NCBI GenBank assembly: GCA_046726415.1
Contig: JBKPAK010000262.1
Location: 1 to 46,625, forward strand
Direction: 5' to 3'
DNA: 46,625 nucleotides
DNA from: Candidatus Methylomirabilota bacterium
GTDB taxonomy: Bacteria > Methylomirabilota > Methylomirabilia > Rokubacteriales > CSP1-6
Each line of letters opens with the position of its first letter. Within the stretch, counting starts at the first letter, position 1. The translations under genes and the position numbers were made by a program. The notes beneath the pieces were generated by a model. The model saw nothing but the letters and a program-made list of their open reading frames with translations. It was not told where the DNA came from and ran no database searches. Below, piece after piece: positions 1-8,100 of this stretch.

Positions 1-323
1 TGAGCGCGGCTCACCTCACCGGCATCGGCGCCTTCCGAAACGTGGTCCTCGGGTACTTCGACTGGGAGACCAAGCAGTACCGAAAGATTCCCGTCCGCGA
101 GCAGGTCGAAGTCCTCTCGCTGGTGGGGGACATAGCACTCAAGGATGGTCTCCCATCCCTGCACGCACACGTCGTCGTCGGCACCGCCGATGGCACCGCC
201 TTCGGCGGACACCTCCTGGAGGGCCACGTGCGGCCGACCCTCGAGATGACCGTTGTCGAATCGCCGGCGCACCTGCGCCGTGAACACGACCCAGCGTCCG
301 GGCTGGCCCTGATCAAGCTCTGA
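1..323 (+). CDS. PPC/DUF296 domain putative DNA-binding protein (5' end outside window)
   Basis: Frame is open from the window edge (SAAHLTGIGAFRNVVLGYFD). Motifs EVLSLVGDI, HAHVVVG, GGHLLEG and PTLEMTV are typical of DUF296. Confidence 0.85.
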   Translation, partial: SAAHLTGIGAFRNVVLGYFDWETKQYRKIPVREQVEVLSLVGDIALKDGLPSLHAHVVVGTADGTAFGGHLLEGHVRPTLEMTVVESPAHLRREHDPASGLALIKL

Positions 324-397
324 GCCGCGGGACCCGGTGAAGTGGCACACGCCACGGATTCTGGGCCGACTATGTACTGCCTTCGCGGTCAGATCGG

Positions 398-1369
398 TCA
401 CACGATGCTGGCGGGCACCATGGATTCGCGGGCGCAGCTCGGTGCGGCCTTCACCAGTGGGAGATGTCGACCGCTGCGCCTTAGGACCTCGAACACTCGG
501 GCGGGGCTTCCGAGGTCGGTCCAGCGAACGCCCGAGACCCGATGGACGAGACAGTATTCAGGCCTGGCGGCCAGCACGCGCTCCGAGAAGCCGAGGACGG
601 GAAGGTCGGCATAGATCCGCTCGAGCTGTCGCTCGCGGGCGGGACCGGGCCGGATCCAGCGGAGCGGTTCCAGGATCGCGGGGAGATCGGGGATGGTCGC
701 CTGCGTCATGCGCAGAAAGGCGCCCACCCGGCCGACCATTACCATGCTATTCCAGAGACAACCGCGCCGCAACAGGGTTTGAGCAATGGCGGCATTCGGC
801 TTCTCCCAGAAGCGGCGCACTGGATGGATCGGGCCGTGCGGCGTGCTCGCAAGCCGGGCTGGCTCGATCCAGCCGTATTCCGTCTCGGCGTATGAGGCGT
901 CGACTCCGAGGAGGATCGGGGAGGCGGCGCACTTCGATGTCCAGCGGAGGGCCGCATCCACGTGGGCCATGAAGGCGTTGTCGTCGCTCACGTCGTGGTC
1001 GGAAGGAAGGATGATCACCGGAACGTCGCCCGCCATTTCCTCGATCGCGTGGAATGCGAGGAGCAGCGCGACCGCCGTGCCTCGGTTGTCGGGTTGGACC
1101 ACGAGGTGGGTTCGTGGCAGCGCGCGGGCTGGGGGCGCCCAGTAGGGTGCGTGATGCTGGGTTACGACGACCACGTGATGGTCCGATCGCACACTGAGCG
1201 CCGCACGCCGGAGGGTTTGGTCGAGCAAGGGCTGATCGCCGAGCAGCGCGCAGAATTGCTTGGGACGCGAGTCGCCGGTAAGTGACTCGGTGACGGACCG
1301 AAGGCGGATGCCGTCACCCCCAGCAAGAATGATAGCCCAGGCGTTTGTCGTGGTCGGCCGCCCTCGCAA
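398..1369 (-). CDS. Mannose-1-phosphate guanylyltransferase-like sugar-phosphate nucleotidyltransferase
   Basis: AIILAGGDGxRL, PKQFCAL, QPDNRGTA, PSDH, ETEYGWI, FWEKP and WTDLGSP motifs. The TTG start is uncertain. Confidence 0.85.
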   Translation of the reverse strand: MRGRPTTTNAWAIILAGGDGIRLRSVTESLTGDSRPKQFCALLGDQPLLDQTLRRAALSVRSDHHVVVVTQHHAPYWAPPARALPRTHLVVQPDNRGTAVALLLAFHAIEEMAGDVPVIILPSDHDVSDDNAFMAHVDAALRWTSKCAASPILLGVDASYAETEYGWIEPARLASTPHGPIHPVRRFWEKPNAAIAQTLLRRGCLWNSMVMVGRVGAFLRMTQATIPDLPAILEPLRWIRPGPARERQLERIYADLPVLGFSERVLAARPEYCLVHRVSGVRWTDLGSPARVFEVLRRSGRHLPLVKAAPSCARESMVPASIV

Positions 1370-1387
1370 TGAAGTAGTTGCCGCTTC

Positions 1388-1403
1388 AGCAAAATGGCTG
1401 CCA
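1388..1403 (-). promoter_or_regulatory. Sigma-54 promoter (-24/-12)
   Basis: Minus strand reads TGGCAGCCATTTTGCT with exact GG-N10-GC spacing, just upstream of CDS 398-1369. Confidence 0.6.
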
Positions 1404-1525
1404 CCGACTCAAAAGTTTCCCTTGATCGGACGATTTTTCGGTGGGCTCTTTCTTCAATACGCTAAGTGAAGTGTGGATTTGACAAGGCGCGGCTCGTCGG
1501 ATCTCGGACTGTACACGCGTGCAGG

Positions 1526-1554
1526 GGTTGGAGGGGCCAGGAGCCCCTCCAACC
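1526..1554 (-). terminator. Perfect 12-bp hairpin, possible terminator
   Basis: GGTTGGAGGGGC-cagga-GCCCCTCCAACC, 10 nt downstream of the stop of CDS 1565-2149. No clear U-tract. Confidence 0.45.
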
Positions 1555-1564
1555 AGGCGGGGAG

Positions 1565-2149
1565 CTAGCGAACCTGAGTGCCGGGAGGTGCGAACGTGGT
1601 GTCGATGACCACCGTATCGCCCTTGCGAATCTGCCTCACGGTGTCAGGAGTGAGCCGAACTTCGAACGAACCGGTGTCGGTCTTGATCTTGACCTCCCCA
1701 TCGCGATCGACGTCAGTGACGCGGCCGTAGATCGTCCGCTTCACGGCCGTCACCGCGACGGGCGCAGGCGCCACTACCGTGGGTGCCGCCGGGGCGGCGA
1801 CCACAGCGGGAGGAGAAGGCGCAGGTGAGACCGCGACTGGCGCAGGGGCCGCCGGAGCGGCAACGACGTATTGTCCGTTGCGCAGGGTCACTGCCTCGGC
1901 CGAGCGGAGCACCACGACGGATCCCGGCCGGACGGCGCTGAGCGGAACGGGCTGGTTATCGACGAGGAGCACGGTGTTCGGAGTCATGCGGTACATGCGG
2001 CCGTCCTCCAAGACGACCACGTTGTACGGCGCGTCCAGGTTGACCACCGTGCCGCGCGCGTCCAGCGACGGTGTCGAGGGTTGGGCCGTCGCGACAGCCA
2101 CCATGGTGAGGCTGAGCGCGATGGCAACGGCGCTGGTTCTCAGGAGCAT
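1565..2149 (-). CDS. Secreted hypothetical protein with two small beta domains and a Pro/Ala linker
   Basis: AAGGAGG RBS before ATG 2149, an N-terminal signal peptide, and an APAAPAP linker. Confidence 0.75.
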   Translation of the reverse strand: MLLRTSAVAIALSLTMVAVATAQPSTPSLDARGTVVNLDAPYNVVVLEDGRMYRMTPNTVLLVDNQPVPLSAVRPGSVVVLRSAEAVTLRNGQYVVAAPAAPAPVAVSPAPSPPAVVAAPAAPTVVAPAPVAVTAVKRTIYGRVTDVDRDGEVKIKTDTGSFEVRLTPDTVRQIRKGDTVVIDTTFAPPGTQVR

Positions 2150-2177
2150 GGCAAAACCTCCTTTGGCGATTCGAAGT

Positions 2178-2957
2178 TCAGGTTGCTGAAGGAGCAAGGG
2201 ACCTGCCAGGCAATGAGTCGCGACTCACTTCCTGGCGCGGGCTCACGGGGATCTCGGTAAAACGTATGGGCGGTTGCCCAGGAAAGTGTGCCGTTAAAAG
2301 CGGCATGGCCACGTTGTAGACCGGGACATCGCCGCTTGTGCGCCCCTCGAGCTGGCCGCGGTGAGCATGGCCGTGAAATACCGCATCGACCGGGTACCGG
2401 CTGAGCGGTTCCTCGAGGCGGCTGGACCCAAGAAATGCCAAGATCTCCAGCGGTTCTCCCTCCACCGTGGCGCGGATGGGCGAGTAGTGCAGCAGAGCCA
2501 CCCGCTGGGCGGTGCGCAGGCGCGCCAGGGCGGTCTCGAGCTTCAGCGCCTCGTCGAGCGCCTCGTGAACGAAGCGCTTGATCGTCTCCTCGCCCCAGGG
2601 ACCGAGCGCGTGTGATCCGAAACCACCCGCGAATCCCTTCACCCCCACGAATCCCACGCCGGCTATTTCTCGCGCGTCGCCGTCGAGCACGTCGACCCCG
2701 GCGTCGCGGAGAATGGCCACGATCTCCTCGGCCTTTCCTGCCTCGACGTCGTGATTGCCGAGCACACCGAGGATTGGGATGCGCACGCTCGTCAACTCCT
2801 TGGCCAACACGCGGGCCTCCTCGGGCAGCCCATAGTCGGTCAGATCACCGCACAGCACGAGCACGTCGGCGCGCTCGGGCAGCGCGGCGACCAGGGGCTG
2901 AAACGTCCCCGCCGAGTTCTTCGTGCAATGCAGATCAGCGATCGCCGCGATTCGCAT
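2178..2957 (-). CDS. Calcineurin-like metallophosphoesterase
   Basis: MRIAAIADLH, CGDLTD, LGNHD, LLHY and FHGHAH metal-binding motifs. ATG 2957 overlaps the upstream gene. Confidence 0.9.
   Translation of the reverse strand: MRIAAIADLHCTKNSAGTFQPLVAALPERADVLVLCGDLTDYGLPEEARVLAKELTSVRIPILGVLGNHDVEAGKAEEIVAILRDAGVDVLDGDAREIAGVGFVGVKGFAGGFGSHALGPWGEETIKRFVHEALDEALKLETALARLRTAQRVALLHYSPIRATVEGEPLEILAFLGSSRLEEPLSRYPVDAVFHGHAHRGQLEGRTSGDVPVYNVAMPLLTAHFPGQPPIRFTEIPVSPRQEVSRDSLPGRSLAPSAT
2193..2208 (-). promoter_or_regulatory. Sigma-54 promoter (-24/-12)
   Basis: Minus strand reads TGGCAGGTCCCTTGCT (GG-N10-GC), about 45 nt upstream of ATG 2149 and inside the tail of the upstream gene. Confidence 0.6.
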
Positions 2958-3786
2958 GGTTCTCGGGTGGCACTTCAGGAGGAATTCCAGCGCCGTTGAT
3001 GGCCGCGGTCCAGAGGCGTACCTGGTCGGCCGTGAGAGCGCCGCGGGGCACGAGCCGTGCGTCTTCGTAGCCATGCTCGGAGATATCCGGCAGGTACTGT
3101 TCGCGCGACAGCAACGTGCCCTGGCACAGGAGCCGCGCGGAGGAGGCCGGCTGGCGCTCCAACTCCAGACGGCCAATCAGCGCATCCATCACGCGGGCGG
3201 GTACGATGGCGCGGTGGCCGGGATAGACGAAGCCGAACAGGACGAGATGGCTGAGGAGCACCCGCCAATGGCGACCGAAGCGGCGCAGGAGTCTGTCCCA
3301 GTCCAGTCGGTGGCCCTGCGCGCGAATCAGATGTGCCACGTCGGCGCCATCGAACCGCTCGCGCTCCATGATGAACGATTTCGACCAGATCATTTCCTCC
3401 ACCGGATTCAACCTGACCGGCATTTGTAAGAGCTCCGCATCGATGGCGTGCTCGAACCACAGATCGTCCACGGCGGCCACGCCGTTGCCGGAGCTGAAGA
3501 TGACATCGAGTACGTTGTCGCCGCAGAAGGCTTTGCCCAGCCAGTGGGGGAAGCTCAGCTCGGTTCGATACCCGGCCGCGGCGAGACTCGCCAGTGCTCG
3601 CGCCTGGTCCGTCGGCCGCACGAAGACGTCCAGGTCCTTGGTGTCCCGGGCAATGCCGGTATAGCGCTCGTAGGCCCAGGCGCCCCCCACCAGGAAGTCG
3701 ACCTGTGCCTTCTGCAAGGCGCAGAGCGCGGTGACGTAAAACTCGAGCCCCTTGTCAGTCGATTCGATCGTGGCTGTCGCGTTCAT
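2935..3786 (-). CDS. Uncharacterised Pol-beta-superfamily nucleotidyltransferase
   Basis: LVGGAWA...RDTKDLDVFV (GG...DxD) plus a third acidic residue in LDVIF. GGAG RBS before ATG 3786. Confidence 0.8.
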   Translation of the reverse strand: MNATATIESTDKGLEFYVTALCALQKAQVDFLVGGAWAYERYTGIARDTKDLDVFVRPTDQARALASLAAAGYRTELSFPHWLGKAFCGDNVLDVIFSSGNGVAAVDDLWFEHAIDAELLQMPVRLNPVEEMIWSKSFIMERERFDGADVAHLIRAQGHRLDWDRLLRRFGRHWRVLLSHLVLFGFVYPGHRAIVPARVMDALIGRLELERQPASSARLLCQGTLLSREQYLPDISEHGYEDARLVPRGALTADQVRLWTAAINGAGIPPEVPPENHANRGDR

Positions 3787-3899
3787 ATTCTCCGGTCGTG
3801 CAGCTTCGATGCCGGTGGGCCACCTCCGGGCTCCATTCGAGGGCACCGGACTTGAAAGTCGTCGAGGGTGAGCCCATTAGACCCACGAGGAGGAGTAAC

Positions 3900-4322
3900 A
3901 TGCGAACGCGCAAATTGACGGTATTCGGTGCGAGCGTCGCTGTTGCAGGCCTTCTGGGTGTCTGCGGTCTTGCGGCTGCCCAAACCAAAGCTCCCACCCC
4001 GGCGGACTTCGACTCGTGTAACCGCGTCGCGGAGGCTCGGGTGGGCGTGGGAACTAGAAGTGGCTCCGATTCAGCCCTGCCCCGGGCCGGGGGAATCGGC
4101 GCGAGCCAGATGCCGCCCACCACACCGACGCCCGGCTCGTCCATGCCAGGTCCATCCACCCCGGATGCGTCCATGCCGGGAACATCGACGTCGCCGTCTG
4201 TGGCGCCGAGCGCCACCACGGGCCCTCGCGATCAATCGTTGCTCGGGATGGATCTCGCCGGCCGGGACAATATCGCCTACGAGCGAGCCTACCGCGACTG
4301 CATGAAGGGGCGCGGCTTCTAG
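3900..4322 (+). CDS. Secreted hypothetical protein with a Cys pair flanking a Pro/Ser/Thr-rich region
   Basis: AGGAGG RBS, signal peptide, DSCNRVAE...YRDCMKGRGF. Confidence 0.75.
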   Translation: MRTRKLTVFGASVAVAGLLGVCGLAAAQTKAPTPADFDSCNRVAEARVGVGTRSGSDSALPRAGGIGASQMPPTTPTPGSSMPGPSTPDASMPGTSTSPSVAPSATTGPRDQSLLGMDLAGRDNIAYERAYRDCMKGRGF

Positions 4323-4406
4323 ACGTCGGTCTCGTCTCCCTACGATCAGGCGGGGCGCGACGGAGCCCCGTCTCGATGGCTGTGAGGCCGTGCCCGGACC
4401 AGCGCC

Positions 4407-5156
4407 CTATCTCTCGCCTGGCATCAAGCGCCGCTGGGAGTACTCACGGCCGCGATCGAAGCCACGCCGATACGCCGCGTGATGGTACACGTCGGGATCG
4501 CGCTGGCGGCAGTGCTGCTCGCTCTCCTCGAATGACTGTCCGCGCAGGCGCACGGCCATCTCGAAACCGCGGCGAAGGACACTCTCCTCCTTCGCAAAGA
4601 GCGCAGGATCGCCGGATGCGAGCGCGTCGATGTCGCGTAGGCCGACCCACCACTCCTCGCGTGCCGCGTCGAGCGATTCCGCACCGGCCTCCTGCAGGAT
4701 CCGCCGGGCGCGTTCGGCGCGCTGGGCATCGGGGGTCAGGACAATCACCACGGTCCGGCCTTGGCGCAGCGCCTCTTCGTAGAGGTATAGCTCGTCCTTC
4801 GGAAGCCCCTCGGTAAGGGTCGTTTCGATCGCGTGGCCCGCGGCGGCGCCCCCGATTCCAGCCAGGAGAGCCGCCACAGCCCCCACCGCGAGGACCGGAC
4901 CTACGCCTGGCACCATGCCGGTGGCGGCGGCGGCCAGCATCTGGACTCCCACCGCGGCACCCGTTGCGCCCCCGGCAACGCCTCCGATCACGCGACCAAG
5001 GCCGGGCTGCTCCCCATCTGTCGCCGGCACGGTCGATGGATCAGACCCTGGGGTAAGTAGATTGACGTCCTCGTCGCTGAAGCCGGCGGCGCGGAGCGCT
5101 TCGACAGCCCGCGCGGCGTCGGGCCGAGCCTGAAAGATTCCGGTTGCGTTGTGCAT
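4407..5156 (-). CDS. General stress protein (YflT-like) with glycine-zipper membrane segment
   Basis: GIFQARPDAARAVEALRAAGF N-terminus, GGxxGGA repeats, PGVGPVLAVG, and YEEALRQGRTVVIV. Confidence 0.7.
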   Translation of the reverse strand: MHNATGIFQARPDAARAVEALRAAGFSDEDVNLLTPGSDPSTVPATDGEQPGLGRVIGGVAGGATGAAVGVQMLAAAATGMVPGVGPVLAVGAVAALLAGIGGAAAGHAIETTLTEGLPKDELYLYEEALRQGRTVVIVLTPDAQRAERARRILQEAGAESLDAAREEWWVGLRDIDALASGDPALFAKEESVLRRGFEMAVRLRGQSFEESEQHCRQRDPDVYHHAAYRRGFDRGREYSQRRLMPGER

Positions 5157-5369
5157 GCTCAGCCTCGCGATCGCCTACTCGGGGAGCTGCAGTGATCCGC
5201 GACGCAGGCCGCGTCACGCGGAGACGTGACGGCGGTCAGCGACCGCTCTTCCAGCGTAAGCTTGTAACCAATCTGCACCATTGGGCGCTGCCTCCTGCCA
5301 GAGTGCGGGCGCAACTGACATGCCGTCGATTCAATCGCCGTGGTGTGGACCACAATTTTCTTTCAAGGT

Positions 5370-5385
5370 TGGCACGGAGGCTGCT
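5370..5385 (+). promoter_or_regulatory. Sigma-54 promoter (-24/-12)
   Basis: TGGCACGGAGGCTGCT (GG-N10-GC), 40 nt upstream of ATG 5425 and preceded by an AT-rich tract. Confidence 0.6.
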
Positions 5386-5424
5386 GGTCACTCTCGCACT
5401 GAAGACGAACTGGGAGGGACTCAC

Positions 5425-5583
5425 ATGCCGCTCAAAGGCGTCACGGCAAAGCAGCAGCGCCAGTATCGGAAGATCAAAGCGTCGGCTCAGAAGTCTGGGC
5501 ACGGACGGCGGGCCAAGGAAATAGCCGCGCGCACGGTGATGAAGCAGCGCAGTCGGAAAGAAGCCAAGAAAGCGACCAAGTAG
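5425..5583 (+). CDS. 52-aa highly basic protein (QRQYxxIK...RAKEIAARTV family)
   Basis: GGGAGG RBS; MPLKGVTAKQQRQYRKIKASAQKSGHGRRAKEIAARTVMKQRSRKEAKKATK. Resembles small proteins often mis-labelled plasmid stabilization protein. Confidence 0.75.
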   Translation: MPLKGVTAKQQRQYRKIKASAQKSGHGRRAKEIAARTVMKQRSRKEAKKATK

Positions 5584-5656
5584 TGAACATCGCGCGCCCG
5601 CGCTTTGAAGAAACTGCCAGTCAGGGGGATCTGCTACTGCCCCTGCCGCCGTTCCA

Positions 5657-5902
5657 GTGGTAAGCCAGTCTGCGGGCTGGCCGCGCCTCCGCGCGCTCTG
5701 CGGCATGCTGCTGCTGATTTTTGGAGTGCTCGGTGTCGTGCTGCCGATCATTCCCGGCATTCCGTTCGTGATTGCCGGCGTGGCCTTGCTGGGTCAGAAT
5801 CACCCCCTCGTTCGGGCATGCGGGAAGTGGGTCAGCCCTCGGCTGTCGGCCTCCTACCGGTGCTGGCCGTTCTCGCGCGGACGGAATTCTTTGCAAGGCT
5901 GA
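5657..5902 (+). CDS. Small membrane protein (PGPGW/DUF454-like)
   Basis: GxLLLIFGVLGVVLPIIPGIPFVIAGVALL hairpin motif. Start uncertain. Confidence 0.55.
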   Translation: MVSQSAGWPRLRALCGMLLLIFGVLGVVLPIIPGIPFVIAGVALLGQNHPLVRACGKWVSPRLSASYRCWPFSRGRNSLQG

Positions 5903-5934
5903 GCCGCGAGGAGGCCGCGGTGGCGTTCCGCAGA

Positions 5935-6405
5935 CGTTCCATCCCTCGGCTTCTTTCGCTCGATCTCCAAGACCTGATTCTGATCCAGATGCCAACCCCC
6001 AGCCGCCGGTGCTTGAGATACCGAAGCTCAGTGCCAGCGTCGAGTGGGAGGCTCTCCTCTTCGGACGTCTGGTGGCGAACCTGTCAGTCGACCGGCCCAC
6101 CTTATACGTCGACCGGGCGCACTTCCGCCCGATCGAGGCGGGGTGGCAAGAGGCGCTCCAGGCCATCTATCCAAGGTCGGCGAGTTAAGGATCAACGAAG
6201 CTACCATCACGTATGTCGACGACGCGGAATTTACACCCCTCAATCTGAGCGATGCAAATATTCGGGCCCGCAACATCTGGAACATCAGGTCCCGGGAGCG
6301 CACGTAATCCTTCGAGTATCGAGGCGGATGCCGTGGCATTCGGCCCAGGACGAGTTTCCATCGACGGCGACACCGACTTCTTGGCTACGCCCACGCCGGC
6401 ATCAA
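5935..6405 (+). pseudogene. Fragment of a DUF748/AsmA-like protein
   Basis: Pieces in different frames: LSLDLQDLILIQ / DANPQPPVLEIPKLSASVEWEALLFGRLVA...GWQEALQAIYP / RINEATITYVDD...NIRSRERT / PSSIEADAVAFGPGRVSIDGDTDFLATP. No start and several frameshifts. Confidence 0.6.
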
Positions 6406-6489
6406 GGCTCAGGTGATGCTCCATGGCATCGCTCTTCGATACTTCGCACCCATCGCGGAGCGGTACGGGGTCACGATCATAGGGCTGGG

Positions 6490-6505
6490 TGGCACCGAAG
6501 TTGCG
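6490..6505 (+). promoter_or_regulatory. Sigma-54 promoter (-24/-12)
   Basis: TGGCACCGAAGTTGCG, near-consensus TGGCAC-N5-TTGC, 50 nt upstream of pal. Confidence 0.7.
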
Positions 6506-6554
6506 CAGTGAGGAGGAGGGCTAGGAATCATTCTGCCGAGAGGGGAATCGAACC

Positions 6555-7178
6555 ATGCTGTATGGCCTAGGGGGGAATGCCCTCGTGCTGGCGGTGATGG
6601 GCGTCGTGGTGACATCCGCCTGCGCCAAGGATCCCGTCAGGACGCAGCCGACCGCGCGAATCGCGGTGGCGACGCCGCAGTCAACGGCGCCGGCTGAGAC
6701 GGCGCCCACCGAGGAACCGACACCGACTCCTGAGGGGCAGGGCATTCCTCGCATCCCGGGAGGGGATGCGCCCGGCACCGGTGTTAGCTCCACACCGCCC
6801 ACGGGGGAACGGCGCCCGGCCCCCGGTGAATTCAGGGAGGTCCGCGAGTTGCGCGACGTCCTCTTCGATTTCGATGGCTACGAGATCCGCGGCGAGGCGG
6901 AGCGAGTCATGGCGTCGAACCTCGAATGGATGAGGGCGAACGGCACGGCGCTCATCCTCATCGAGGGCCACTGCGACGAGCGCGGTACGCCCGAATACAA
7001 CTTGGCCCTCGGGCAGCGCCGGGCGCAGGCGGCTCGCAACTACCTCGTGGCGCGTGGCGTGAGCGGGGAACGCATCACCTTGATCAGCTACGGCAAGGAG
7101 CGCCCCGCGTGCTCGGAGTCAAGCGAAAACTGTTGGGCGCGTAACCGGCGGGCGCACTTCGCGGCGAAACCTCGATAG
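6555..7178 (+). CDS. pal: Peptidoglycan-associated lipoprotein (OmpA-like domain)
   Basis: Lipobox TSAC; VLFDFD, IEGHCDERGTPEYNLALGQRRA, SYGKERP and NRRAHF motifs. Confidence 0.9.
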   Translation: MLYGLGGNALVLAVMGVVVTSACAKDPVRTQPTARIAVATPQSTAPAETAPTEEPTPTPEGQGIPRIPGGDAPGTGVSSTPPTGERRPAPGEFREVRELRDVLFDFDGYEIRGEAERVMASNLEWMRANGTALILIEGHCDERGTPEYNLALGQRRAQAARNYLVARGVSGERITLISYGKERPACSESSENCWARNRRAHFAAKPR

Positions 7179-7330
7179 AGGCGAAACCTCGATGGACTCG
7201 GTTGATTGATCCCGGGCCAACTGCCGACAAGGGAGTCATGAGTTGTTCGCACAATGACGCGACAGAGCGCGCGGCCCTAGAGCCCGCTGCGGGAATTAGT
7301 CCGTGAGCAACGAGCGAGAAGGAGGATCGA

Positions 7331-7744
7331 GTGATGTGGAGAACTAAGCAACTCACCGCGATGATCGCGATCGCCGGACTCTGGGTGTCCACCGCCTACT
7401 CGCAACAGACGCCGGCTGCGCCCGCGCCGGCCCTGCGAGGCGTAGAAATCACCTCAGAATCCCTCGTGGGCAGCAAGGTGCGGAACACCGATGGCAGGGA
7501 GATCGGTTCCGTGAAGAGCCTCATGATTGAACCAGTGCAGGGCAAGATCAACTCGGTGGCGATTGCGCTGGGCGGAGTCCTCGGCGTCGGCACCAAGACC
7601 GTCCTCGTGCCGTGGCAATCAGTCATGGTCGGACGCGACGGACAGACCATCGTGGTGACCGTCCAGGAGGCCTTACTGGAACAGGCACCCGCGGCTAGCC
7701 CGCGCGCGACTGACCAGCCGCCGAGCCCGCAGCCGAGTCGCTAA
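7331..7744 (+). CDS. Secreted PRC-barrel domain protein
   Basis: Signal peptide; SLVGSKVRNTDGREIGSVKSLMI...GGVLGVGTKTVLVPW. AAGGAGG RBS. Confidence 0.85.
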   Translation: MMWRTKQLTAMIAIAGLWVSTAYSQQTPAAPAPALRGVEITSESLVGSKVRNTDGREIGSVKSLMIEPVQGKINSVAIALGGVLGVGTKTVLVPWQSVMVGRDGQTIVVTVQEALLEQAPAASPRATDQPPSPQPSR

Positions 7745-7747
7745 CGA

Positions 7748-7781
7748 GCGGGGTCCGGGCGATCGGCCGCCCGGACCCCGC
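7748..7781 (+). terminator. Perfect 14-bp GC hairpin after the PRC-barrel gene
   Basis: GCGGGGTCCGGGCG-atcggc-CGCCCGGACCCCGC, 3 nt after the stop codon. Confidence 0.55.
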
Positions 7782-8100
7782 AGGTGGCGGCAGCCGAGAT
7801 CGGGCTAGGCGCCGCAACCTCCGCACACCCCTCAGACCCCGGCGTTCCTATACTCCCGGCTGCCGGCGTTTCCCAAACTCCCGGCTGCCCGGCGACCAGC
7901 CTCCGATTCACTCAATTAAGAGCTTAAATTAGTTAAGTTTCCCGGCCATATTGCGATACCCGATCGAGAATGGTACCTTTCGCTGAACGCCGAACCATGA
8001 AGTGGGCCGGGCGCGGCTGGCGCTCAGTTTGTCGCTCGATGGGACAGCCGAGGGTGCCTGCTGAAAGCTCCTGGCCCCGCTTCGTTCTGGAGGCAACGAC

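Noticed and set aside
6424..6439. TGGCATCGCTCTTCGA as an additional sigma-54 promoter
   Set aside because: It lacks the -12 GC, and a much better site lies at 6490.
7840..7856. TTCCTATAC resembling an ISCR oriIS end
   Set aside because: The match is only 9 nt, lacks the preceding TTGAA-like bases, and has no transposase remnant nearby.
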